A DNA stretch of 64,000 bases, taken from the NCBI GenBank assembly GCA_052436175.1, contig JBQVNM010000009.1. One strand, given 5' to 3'. Positions 32,265 to 46,833 of this stretch are shown here, piece after piece. The stretch is from Brevundimonas sp. GTDB lineage: Bacteria > Pseudomonadota > Alphaproteobacteria > Caulobacterales > Caulobacteraceae. Made by a program: the position numbers and the translations under genes. The notes under the pieces are model-generated. The model ran no database searches, was not told the origin of the DNA, and saw only the letters and a list, made by a program, of their open reading frames with translations. Positions within the stretch are counted from its first letter, which is position 1, and each line of letters starts with the position of its first letter.

Positions 32265-32381
32265 CCGCCGACCCTATCCGCTTTCGTCGCGGCCGACCCT
32301 GCCTTGCGCTTTTGTCAGCATCCTGTCGTCGGCCCGGCGCGTTGACTGGCGTCCCCTGCCGCCTCGACCTACATTCCGTTC

Positions 32382-34721
<2,340 letters not shown>

Positions 34722-34724
34722 GTC

Positions 34725-34925
34725 CTAGCTGGTATGGCAGGCCGAGCAGCAGTAGGCGCACCCGTTGGCTTTCGAGTAGGTCTTCTTCGCCTCGGTCACC
34801 GCCGGGCCGCACGAGGCAAACTCGCCGAGATACTTTCGGTCCGATGGAAACCAGGTGCATGTGGCGACGTGAACCTCATGGTCACCGTTGGGCTGGGCTT
34901 TGTTGTTCACGTAGTATGACGCCAT
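34725..34925 (-). CDS. small Cys/His-rich hypothetical protein
   Basis: 66 aa: 'YVNNKAQPNGDHEVHVATCTWFP...LGEFASCGPAV...NGCAYCCSACHTS'. GC is lower than the flanks. It is divergent from the methyltransferase gene, and its stop is 3 nt from the uvrB stop. Confidence 0.55.
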   Translation of the reverse strand: MASYYVNNKAQPNGDHEVHVATCTWFPSDRKYLGEFASCGPAVTEAKKTYSKANGCAYCCSACHTS

Positions 34926-34945
34926 GGCGACAATCCTTTCTCAGC

Positions 34946-34964
34946 GGATCGAATCATTCGATCC
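34946..34964. promoter_or_regulatory. perfect palindrome in the divergent Cys-ORF/methyltransferase intergenic region (candidate operator)
   Basis: GGATCGAAT-C-ATTCGATCC has 9-bp arms and contains two GATC cores. It is followed 2 nt later by TTGACA (34967-34972). Confidence 0.4.
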
Positions 34965-35024
34965 AGTTGACAGGTAACGACTCGCACGCTTTTCGTTCGC
35001 GATATGTTCCGGGAGTCTGCTGCC

Positions 35025-35894
35025 ATGTCAACCGCGCTCGCATTTCCGCATCGCTTCGACGACCAATCCATCAGCCGCGTCGCTTGTGAGGACAACCTCG
35101 CCTTCATGCGTCCGATGGCCGATGAGAGTTGCGACCTGATCGTCACCTCACCGCCCTACAACATCGGCAAGGCCTATGAGCGCCGGAGCCCCCTTGAGGC
35201 TTACGTGCAGCAGCAGGCTCAAGTGATTTCCGAGTGCGTAAGGCTGCTCGCTCCAAAGGGTTCGATATGCTGGCAAGTCGGAAACCACGTGCAAAACGGC
35301 GAGGTGTTTCCGCTCGATCTGGTCCTTTACCCTGTGTTTTCGAGCCATGGGTTGAAGCTGCGGAACCGCATCGTCTGGCACTTTGAACACGGACTCCACT
35401 GCACCAAGCGGCTTTCTGGCCGACACGAGACGATCCTGTGGTTCACTAAGTCCGACGACTATGTCTTCAACGTTGACCCGATCCGGGTGCCGTCCAAGTA
35501 TCCTGGAAAACGTCACTTCAAAGGACCAAGGGCCGGGGAGCTGTCGGGCAACCCGCTTGGCAAGAATCCGGGCGACGTTTGGATAATTCCCAACGTCAAG
35601 TCCAACCATGTTGAGAAGACAATCCACCCCTGCCAGTTTCCCGTCGAACTCATCGAACGGCTGGTATTGTCGATGACTCGCCCCGGCGATCGCGTATTTG
35701 ATCCGTACATGGGCGTGGGCTCTTCAATTGTTGCTGCGGTCATGCATGGACGCCAGGGCGTCGGCTGCGACATCACCCAAGAATACGTCGATGTTGCCGT
35801 CCAGCGCCTGTCCGAACTCCGGGCGGGACGGTTACGCACACGCCCTATGAATAAGCCGGTCTACGATCCATCTCTGCCGCGCGGAGGACACTGA
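35025..35894 (+). CDS. DNA methyltransferase, beta-class, SPPY motif (N4-cytosine type predicted)
   Basis: Motif IV 'DLIVTSPPYN' precedes motif I 'VFDPYMGVGSS', which is the beta-class order. GGGAG lies 10 nt upstream of the ATG at 35025; the alternative start is 35004. GC is lower. Confidence 0.85.
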   Translation: MSTALAFPHRFDDQSISRVACEDNLAFMRPMADESCDLIVTSPPYNIGKAYERRSPLEAYVQQQAQVISECVRLLAPKGSICWQVGNHVQNGEVFPLDLVLYPVFSSHGLKLRNRIVWHFEHGLHCTKRLSGRHETILWFTKSDDYVFNVDPIRVPSKYPGKRHFKGPRAGELSGNPLGKNPGDVWIIPNVKSNHVEKTIHPCQFPVELIERLVLSMTRPGDRVFDPYMGVGSSIVAAVMHGRQGVGCDITQEYVDVAVQRLSELRAGRLRTRPMNKPVYDPSLPRGGH

Positions 35895-36509
35895 GTGCAG
35901 ATTGTAGCCCAGCATTCTCACCTAAACGGCTTCGAATTCATCCAGTATCACAAGAGGCAACTCTGGTCAGAAGTCGTTCACGCTATCGAGGGCATCGATG
36001 CCGAAGCGTGCAAAACGAAGGAGTCTCAAGAGAAGCGTAAGCAGGGGAAAGGCCTTCTCTATTCGCCGACCGCGATCAACGAGGCCGCTAAAGCCTTGCT
36101 CCAGCCACTAGGCTGGCATTCGCACCAGACACCAAACTGGGTGTGCGAGAATCCGAGCCTACTAGCGAAGCTGGCTTCTTTATCGCCGCCTGAGCAGAAG
36201 TCGTTCATCGAGGCCAATGGTCACGAGGCAATATATACATACAACCAGACTGATTTTATTAAGGACCGTGTTGCGATAGAGTTTCAACTCGGAAAGTACT
36301 CGTTTGTTGCGCATGATCTCTTCGTGAAACACATGAGCTTCTTCACTAACGGCGACATTGATGTCGGCATCGAAATCGTGCCTATGAAGTCTATGGAGCG
36401 CCAGATGTCGAGCGGCGTGCCTTACTACGAGCGAGACCTGTTCAATCTGCTCCGCCAAGGACGAAGCACTCCTGCCGTTCCGATGGTCCTTATCGGGATT
36501 GCTCCTTAA
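35895..36509 (+). CDS. type II restriction endonuclease, BglII/BstYI family
   Basis: The GTG start directly abuts the methyltransferase stop, with GGAGGA 7 nt upstream. 204 aa. 'NQTDFIKDRVAIEFQLGKYSF' aligns with the BglII catalytic segment 'DFGKRDTLVEVQF' (D-X8-E-X-Q). The C-terminus is 'PAVPMVLIGIAP'. The family call is from memory. Confidence 0.7.
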   Translation: MQIVAQHSHLNGFEFIQYHKRQLWSEVVHAIEGIDAEACKTKESQEKRKQGKGLLYSPTAINEAAKALLQPLGWHSHQTPNWVCENPSLLAKLASLSPPEQKSFIEANGHEAIYTYNQTDFIKDRVAIEFQLGKYSFVAHDLFVKHMSFFTNGDIDVGIEIVPMKSMERQMSSGVPYYERDLFNLLRQGRSTPAVPMVLIGIAP

Positions 36510-36549
36510 CGCGGCCATCTGAACGCCGAGCCCCGCCAAACGCCGGGTC

Positions 36550-37212
36550 ATGGACGGCTCCTACGGCGCAAAGACCTTGCGGCTGAAGGCGCGGAACAAC
36601 CCCAGTCTGATGGTCATGGGCTATGATCAGGCGCGTACCCGCGTCACCGACCTGATCGTCGTGCCCGCCCACTTCTTCACCGAGGCGATCATCGAGCCGA
36701 GGAAGCCGCTGTCGATGACCGCCCGCCGCGCCGGCTGGCAGGGCTGCAACATCCTGATCGGCCAAGTGCCCTTGGCCGGGCGCATCTCCCTGATCCGCAC
36801 CGGCCTGCATGTGCCCAAGGCGACGGTGCTGGACCAGTGGCGATCCACCCTGTTCCTGCGCGACACGAAACAGACCGCGCGCGGCTGGCTGCTCGCCGTC
36901 ATGAACGCGGTCGAGGCGATCGGGCGGCCCGAGTTCAACCTCGACGACGTCTATGCCCACGAGGCGGCGCTCTCGGCTCTCTATCCCGGCAACAACAACG
37001 TCCGCCCGAAGATCAGGCAACAGCTTCAGATGCTGCGGGATCGCGGCTGGTTAGAGTTCAACGGGCGGGGGACATATCGCTTGGCGGCATCCCTCTCCCG
37101 ACGGGAGAGGGGGCTGTGGTGTGAGCCACGTCCGCCCCTGACGCACCAACGCCCTATCCTCCGAGTCCATGACCGAGGAACCCGTTCGCTTTCGCCGCAA
37201 AATTCGCCCTGA
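36550..37212 (+). pseudogene. 5'-truncated DpnI/DRP-family (methyl-directed GATC endonuclease-like) remnant; the 3' end runs into a repeat arm
   Basis: 'DGSYGA...NNPSLMVMGY...VVPAHFF...IEPRKPLSMTARRAGWQGCNILIGQVPLAGRISL...NNNVRPKIRQQLQMLRDRGWLEFNGRGTYRL' aligns with about residues 78-254 of DpnI as I recall it. The Zn-Cys4 and D..ExK catalytic N-terminus is absent. The ORF tail 'SLSRRERGLW...' is encoded by repeat hairpin 37091-37112. Confidence 0.55.
37091..37140. repeat. solo family-1 repeat arm (CCCTCTCCCgacgGGAGAGGG hairpin)
   Basis: 37091-37112 is the same hairpin type as 17067-17087. It lies between the DpnI-like remnant and the ORF at 37169. Confidence 0.55.
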
Positions 37213-37723
37213 CGCCGTCTGGGCCGAGGTGCGGAAGGCGTGGGAGGGCGGGGAGACGGCGCGGTCGGTGGCGCGGCGATATGATGTGGGGGTGCCGGCC
37301 CTGTGGAAGCGGCGGGAGGCGGAGGGGTGGCGGCGGCCGGAGGCGGCGTTCGGGCCGGTCGAGCCGGCGGAGGGATGGTCGGCGTTCGCGGCGGGGCAGT
37401 ATGAGGCGTTCGAGGCGCGTCTGACCGAGGCGCAGGAGCTGGCGACGGCCCTGGCGGCGGGGATGGTGGGGAAGCGGCCGGAGGATTTCGACCTGTGGCA
37501 CCTGCCCTTCATCCTGCACTGGCGCGCCGCGCATCTGGGCCCCGAGGTGGCGGCGGACGACCGGGCGCGGAACCGGGATCAGGACTGGGCCGGGGCGATC
37601 TGGGACGCCGAGGGGAAGATGGGGTCGGTGCGGGCGATGACCTGGGCCCTGGTGCGGCTGAACCGGACGGCGTGGCGGGAACAGCATGGGCTGCCGGAGG
37701 GCGTGGCGGAGGGGTGGCCTTGA
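37169..37723 (+). CDS. hypothetical protein with a putative N-terminal HTH
   Basis: 184 aa with good GC3. 'GETARSVARRYDVGVPALWKRREAEGW' looks like a helix-turn-helix. No Shine-Dalgarno seen. It is bracketed by family-1 repeat arms. Confidence 0.45.
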   Translation: MTEEPVRFRRKIRPDAVWAEVRKAWEGGETARSVARRYDVGVPALWKRREAEGWRRPEAAFGPVEPAEGWSAFAAGQYEAFEARLTEAQELATALAAGMVGKRPEDFDLWHLPFILHWRAAHLGPEVAADDRARNRDQDWAGAIWDAEGKMGSVRAMTWALVRLNRTAWREQHGLPEGVAEGWP

Positions 37724-37731
37724 TCAGGCGT

Positions 37732-37887
37732 CCTTCTCCCCTTGTGGGAGAAGGTGGCAGGCGAAGCCTGACGGATGAGGGGTCATGCCGGCGGCTGGAG
37801 TTTGGGTCGAAAGATCGCCGACTTTCGAGGTCTGGGTGACCCCTCATCCGCCCCTCCGGGGCACCTTCTCCCACAAGGGGAGAAGGG
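37732..37887. repeat. family-1 structured inverted-repeat element ('empty' pair)
   Basis: Left arm 37732-37782 is 'CCTTCTCCCCTTGTGGGAGAAGGTGGCAGGCGAAGCCTGACGGATGAGGGG'. Right arm 37840-37887 is 'CCCCTCATCCGCCCCTCCGGGGCACCTTCTCCCACAAGGGGAGAAGGG'. The spacer is 57 bp. Confidence 0.85.
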
Positions 37888-37891
37888 AAGC

Positions 37892-38307
37892 CTAGTGGTC
37901 CTTCAGCCGCTCCATCAGTTCGATCAGGACGCCGCCCATCGCCTTGGGATGCAGAAACACCACCGGCGTCCCGTGCGCCCCGATGCGGGGTTCGCCTGTG
38001 CCGAGGATGGTGACGCCCTTGGCGCGCATGTCGGCGACGGCGGCGTGGATGTCCTCGACCTCGAAACAGACGTGGTGCTGGCCGCCCCTGGGGTTTTTGG
38101 CGAGGAAGCCGGTGATGGGGGACGTGTCGTCATAGGGCTCGATCAGTTCGATCTGGGCCGTGGGGGTGTCGATGAAACAGACCTTCACCCCCTGGGCGGG
38201 CAGGTCGAAGGGCTCGCCGATGCGGGTGGCGCCGAGGACGTCGCGGTAGAGGCGGATGCTGTCAGCGATGGAGGGGGTGGCGACGCCGACGTGGTTCAGG
38301 TTGCCGA

Positions 38308-38311
<4 letters not shown>
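37892..38311 (-). CDS. mce: methylmalonyl-CoA epimerase
   Basis: VOC-fold '[11 protein letters not shown]...VKVCFID...QIELIEP...[13 protein letters not shown]'. A 4-nt overlap links it to the mutase gene. Confidence 0.9.
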
Positions 38312-40463
<2,152 letters not shown>

Positions 40464-40467
<4 letters not shown>

Positions 40468-41846
40468 GCGGCGGCCTCCTCGAAGGATGCGGCGGCGCGG
40501 ACGGGCGTGAGGGGGGCGATAGCGATGGCGGGCCTTGGCACGGGGGCTTTGGACGAGGGCTCCACGGGCGCGGGCCTGACGTCAGGATCGACGTATTTCG
40601 TCACGCCGATGATCTGGTCCCGGCCGTCGGCGAAGGCGGCGAGCCAGGCGGTGCGGGCGGCGGCGATGCGCGACTGGACGGCGCCGCCTTCGAGGGAGGC
40701 GATCAGGCCGCCTTCGCGGGCGATGCGCTGGGCCTCGTCCCACCCGGCCCTGGCGAGGTCGTGGGTGCGGCTGTCGAGGAACCAGGACCCGGCGGCGGGA
40801 TCGTCGACGCGGCCGAGGTGGGCCTCCTCCATCAGGACGATCTGGGCGTTGCGGGCCTGTCGCCGGGCGAAGGCGTCGGGTCGGCCCGAGGCGCGGGTGA
40901 AGCCGTCCAGCACCACGACGTCGGCGCCGCCGACCGCTCCGGCGAACCCGGCGGCCGTCAGACGCAGCAGGTTGGGCCAGGGATCGCGCGCCGCCAGCAT
41001 CCGCCGCGACGACCGGGCCTCGATGACGGCGGGGGTCTCATGGCCATAGGCGCCCGAGAGGGTCTTCCAGATCAGCCGCAGGGCGCGGACCTTGGCGAGG
41101 GCGTCGAAATAGGTCTGATCGACCGAGACGCCGAGAACGACGCCGGACAGGGCGCGCTCGACGGAGAGGCCCGCGTCGATGGCGGCGTCCACATAAGTGA
41201 TGGCCGAGGCGGCGGCGAAGCCCAGCTCTTGTGCGGCGCTTCCGCCCGCCTCATGGACCACGCGGCCGGAGGCGAGGAAGAGGCCGGCGTCGGGATAGGT
41301 GGCGGCGTGGCCGGCGGCGCAGGCGGCGGCCTCGGCCAGATGATCCGTCAACGGACGATCCGCGCCGCCGGCCTCGGCGAAGGCGGAGACCGGATCGAGG
41401 TGGAAGGCCAGTCTGGCGCGGGGCGACCCCTTGGCGACGGCGGACAGGGCGTCAGCGGCGGCCGGGCCTTCGAGACCGGCGTCGAGGGCGACGGCGGCGA
41501 GCTCCAGCGCCACCCCGTCGAGGGCGCGGGCCAGGGCGGCGGTGTCTGTCGCGACGGCGCCGGAGATCAGGACGGAGGCGGCGCCGCCCTCGAGGTCGGT
41601 CAGGACAGCGGCGTTGACGGCCTCGGCGTCCTCGCCCTCGACCAGGGTGCGCAGATCCCAGGCGCGGCCGTCGGCGTCCGACGGGCGGGGGGCGAAGATG
41701 GGCTGGATGCCCGTCGCATCGCCATAGAGGGGGCGGACGGTCAGGTGATCCGCGTCGAGGTGGATCAGGGATTCGAGCGGGCGATCCTTGAGAGCTTTCT
41801 GGGCGGAGTCGCGCCATTCGAGGGGGGTGGGGAGGGGGAAGGTCAT
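40464..41846 (-). CDS. methylmalonyl-CoA mutase small (beta) subunit, short form
   Basis: The N-terminal '[19 protein letters not shown]...TVRPLY' and the barrel region resemble MutA. At 460 aa it has no recognisable C-terminal B12-like domain. A 4-nt overlap links it to the large-subunit gene. Confidence 0.7.
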
Positions 41847-41869
41847 GCTTTCGCTTCCACACCCAAACC

Positions 41870-41979
41870 CGTCATCCTCGGGCTTGACCCGAGGAGCGGA
41901 TGGTCCGCCGACTGTGCGAGGACGGTTGGCGGAACGCCGAACCCACCGCCGGCCCTCGGGTCAAGCCCGAGGGTGACGG
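41870..41979. repeat. family-2 inverted-repeat element inside the propionate operon (mutA-pccA spacer)
   Basis: 41870-41899 'CGTCATCCTCGGGCTTGACCCGAGGAGCGG' and 41950-41979 'CCGGCCCTCGGGTCAAGCCCGAGGGTGACGG' are inverted copies. The core is the same as at 7890-7918. Confidence 0.75.
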
Positions 41980-42009
41980 AGGGGAGGAGAGGCGGGTGCG
42001 ACCGCCCCA

Positions 42010-44018
<2,009 letters not shown>

Positions 44019-44022
<4 letters not shown>

Positions 44023-44471
44023 TTCCCTGTCGCCTTGGCGACCGCAGTAACGAGGCGCTCGGCGCGCAGGACCTCGTCCTGAACCGCGAGCACGACCTCT
44101 TCGGCATCGAATTTTGACACGGAGTGTGGAGCGAAGGCGACGTCGCGGATGAAGTCGATGCGTTCGTCTTCAGTCATCGTCCACCAAGGCAAGCTGCCCT
44201 CTTTGGCGTTCTGCAGGATGCAGGCGGCGACTTCGTCTCTGAAATCGGCATCCCATTTCCCATCTTGGGCGTCCTGAGACGGCCAGTCTGCCGACAGGTC
44301 CTTCGCGAGACGGGTCATCCATCCGTTCAGAACGGCATGCCGTTCCAGCGGGCGGGCGAATTTGGCGCGAAGTAGCAGGCCAAGCAGCAGGGTTCTGCCG
44401 GACTTGCCGGAGAACGCCACGTCACCGTCGGGCGAGAGTGAAATGCCGTTGGGTAGATCCAGCGCTTTCAT
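44019..44471 (-). CDS. orphan hypothetical protein embedded between pccB and pccA
   Basis: 150 aa. Its ATG shares 1 nt with the pccB stop (TGATG), and its stop overlaps the pccA start (ATGA). GC is visibly lower and it uses AAA/AGA/TCA/CTA codons. No family recognised. Confidence 0.55.
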
Positions 44472-46003
44472 CACAGCGGAATGTTGTCGTGCTTCTTCCA
44501 GGGATTGTCCTGGACCTTGTTCTTCAGCGTCCGCAGGGCCTTGATCAGCCGCCGCCGGGTGCCGTGGGGCATGATGACGTCGTCGATGAAGCCGAGGTTG
44601 GCGGCGACGAAGGGGTTGGCGAAGCGGGCCTTGTATTCGGCCTCGCGCGCCGCGAGGGCCTCGGGGTCGCCGGCCTCCTTGCGGAAGATGATCTCGACGG
44701 CCCCCTTGGCGCCCATGACGGCGATCTCGGCGGTGGGCCAGGCATAGTTGACGTCGCCGCGCAGGTGTTTGGACGACATCACGTCATAGGCGCCGCCATA
44801 GGCCTTTCGCGTGATCAGGGTCAGTTTCGGCACGGTCGCCTCGGCGTATGCGAACAGCAGCTTGGCCCCGTGTTTGATGAGGGCGCCGTACTCCTGTTTC
44901 GTGCCGGGCATGAAGCCGGGGACGTCGACCAGGGTCACGATCGGAATGCCGAAGGCGTCGCAGAAGCGGACGAAGCGGGCCGACTTGCGTGAGCTGTCGA
45001 TGTCCAGCACCCCGGCCAGGACCTGGGGCTGGTTGGCGACGATGCCGACCGGCTGGCCGTCCAGACGGCCGAAGCCGCAGATGATGTTCTTGGCGAAGTC
45101 CGCGCCGATCTCGAAGAAGTCGGCCTCGTCGACCGTCTTCAGGATCAGCTCCTTCATGTCATAGGGCTGGTTCGGATTGGCCGGGATCAGGGTGTCGAGG
45201 CTGGCCTCGTCCCGCTCCGGGTCGTCGTAGGAATCGCGGACCGGCGGCTTCTCGCGGTTGGACAGGGGCAGGAAGCCGATCAGGCGGCGGACCTCACTCA
45301 GGGCCTCGATGTCGTTCTCGAAGGCGCCGTCGGCGACGCCCGACTTGCCGGCATGGACGCGGGCGCCGCCCAGATCCTCGTGGCTGACGACCTCGTTGGT
45401 CACCGTCTTCACCACGTCCGGGCCGGTGACGTACATGTAGGAGGTGTCCTTCACCATGAAGATGAAGTCGGTGATGGCCGGGGAATAGACGTCGCCGCCG
45501 GCGCAGGGGCCCATGATGACGCTGATCTGGGGGATGACGCCCGAGGCCAGCGTGTTCTGGAGGAAGATGTCGGCGTAGCCGCCGAGCGCCTCGACCCCCT
45601 CCTGAATGCGCGCGCCGCCGGCGTCGAACAGGCCGATGATCGGGGCGCCGTTGGTCAGGGCCATCTTCTGCAGCTTGACGATCTTGGCCGCATGGGCGCC
45701 CGACAGGGAGCCGCCGAAGACGGTGAAATCCTTGGAGAAGACATAGACCAGACGGCCGCCGATCGTGCCCCGGCCGGTGACCACGCCGTCGCCGGGAATG
45801 CGCTGCTTCTCCATGCCGAACTCATGCGAGCGGTGCTCCACGAACATGTCGGTCTCCTCGAAGGAGCCCTCGTCCAGCAGGACCTCGATGCGTTCGCGGG
45901 CGGTCAGCTTGCCCTTGGCGTGCTGGGCCGCGATGCGGGCCTCGCCGCCGCCGAGCCGGGCCGCGGCGCGGCGCTGTTCCAGTTGTTCGAGAATCTGCTG
46001 CAT
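44471..46003 (-). CDS. pccB: propionyl-CoA carboxylase beta subunit (carboxyltransferase)
   Basis: 510 aa. '[29 protein letters not shown]...[12 protein letters not shown]...GPCAGG...DNIPL'. Confidence 0.95.
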   Translation of the reverse strand: MQQILEQLEQRRAAARLGGGEARIAAQHAKGKLTARERIEVLLDEGSFEETDMFVEHRSHEFGMEKQRIPGDGVVTGRGTIGGRLVYVFSKDFTVFGGSLSGAHAAKIVKLQKMALTNGAPIIGLFDAGGARIQEGVEALGGYADIFLQNTLASGVIPQISVIMGPCAGGDVYSPAITDFIFMVKDTSYMYVTGPDVVKTVTNEVVSHEDLGGARVHAGKSGVADGAFENDIEALSEVRRLIGFLPLSNREKPPVRDSYDDPERDEASLDTLIPANPNQPYDMKELILKTVDEADFFEIGADFAKNIICGFGRLDGQPVGIVANQPQVLAGVLDIDSSRKSARFVRFCDAFGIPIVTLVDVPGFMPGTKQEYGALIKHGAKLLFAYAEATVPKLTLITRKAYGGAYDVMSSKHLRGDVNYAWPTAEIAVMGAKGAVEIIFRKEAGDPEALAAREAEYKARFANPFVAANLGFIDDVIMPHGTRRRLIKALRTLKNKVQDNPWKKHDNIPL

Positions 46004-46068
46004 GGAAATCCTACCGGCGAGTAGAAAGTGGAATGGCGGAATGCGGGTACAGGGTCAAGGCGCGGGGG

Positions 46069-46710
46069 TCAGCGGGGTCTCAGACCTTCGGCGAAACTGT
46101 CCCACAATCGCTCCGCGATCTCTTCGGGGCTGAGCTTGCCGGAGGGGGCGTACCACTGGGCGATGGAGTTCATGGCGCCGGAGATGGCGAAGGTGGACAT
46201 GCGGATGTCGGCGCTGCGCAGGGAGCCGTCGCGGACCCCCTCGCGCAACAGGTCGCGGATGCGGGCGTCGACCTTGCGCTTGACGGCGCGGAGCCGGTCG
46301 CGGACCTCGGGCGTCAGCTCGACATCGGGCACCCGGTGCAGGCATCGGCCATGCACGGTAGTGGTGATTTCCACATATTTCTGAACGACTTGATGCAGAC
46401 GCTCGCGGCCGGTCACGCCGCTGACCGCCTCGTCCTCAACCGCATCGGAATAGGCGTCCAGGGCCAGGGTGAAGCTGGCGCCCAGTAGCTCCTGCTTGCC
46501 GCCGACATGGTAGTAGAGGGTGGGTTTGGAGACGCCCAGCCGCTCGGCGATGTCGTCGACCGAGGTAGCGCCATAGCCGTGCTCGACGAAGGCCGTGGCA
46601 GCGGCGGTCAGGATGGCGTCGCGGCGGGCCTCGGCGCTGCGGGCGCGCGGGGAGGGCGGGGGCGGGCCGTCGTCAGAGGTGGTCGCGTCGGGGCCGGAAA
46701 AACTCTCCAT
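46069..46710 (-). CDS. TetR-family transcriptional regulator
   Basis: HTH 'ATSVDDIAERLGVSKPTLYYHVGGKQELL'. It lies immediately upstream of pccB on the same strand. Confidence 0.85.
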   Translation of the reverse strand: MESFSGPDATTSDDGPPPPSPRARSAEARRDAILTAAATAFVEHGYGATSVDDIAERLGVSKPTLYYHVGGKQELLGASFTLALDAYSDAVEDEAVSGVTGRERLHQVVQKYVEITTTVHGRCLHRVPDVELTPEVRDRLRAVKRKVDARIRDLLREGVRDGSLRSADIRMSTFAISGAMNSIAQWYAPSGKLSPEEIAERLWDSFAEGLRPR

Positions 46711-46833
46711 CCGGGTAGGAAACAGCAGTTGGCGACCGAACGCCAGCCCTGCGGCCGATGGGCACGGGTCTGTTGTGGCGGTTCAGGCGTTGCTAGGGCC
46801 TCCCCATCACGCCGCCCCGCAGGAACCGACCCC

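Noticed and set aside
32342-32375. TTGACT (32342-32347) plus TACATT (32370-32375) as a sigma-70-type promoter for uvrB.
   Set aside because: The spacing between the hexamers is 22 nt, too long for a canonical promoter. Only the -10-like element is kept as a weak supporting observation for a leaderless start.
46711-46833. Possible cobalamin riboswitch upstream of the TonB-dependent receptor next to the B12-dependent mutase operon.
   Set aside because: The spacer is only 123 bp. I could not find the conserved AGGGAA...GGTG..AA.TCC core or a B12-box-like GCCACTG/AGYCMGG.GACC element. An Infernal scan would be needed to be certain.
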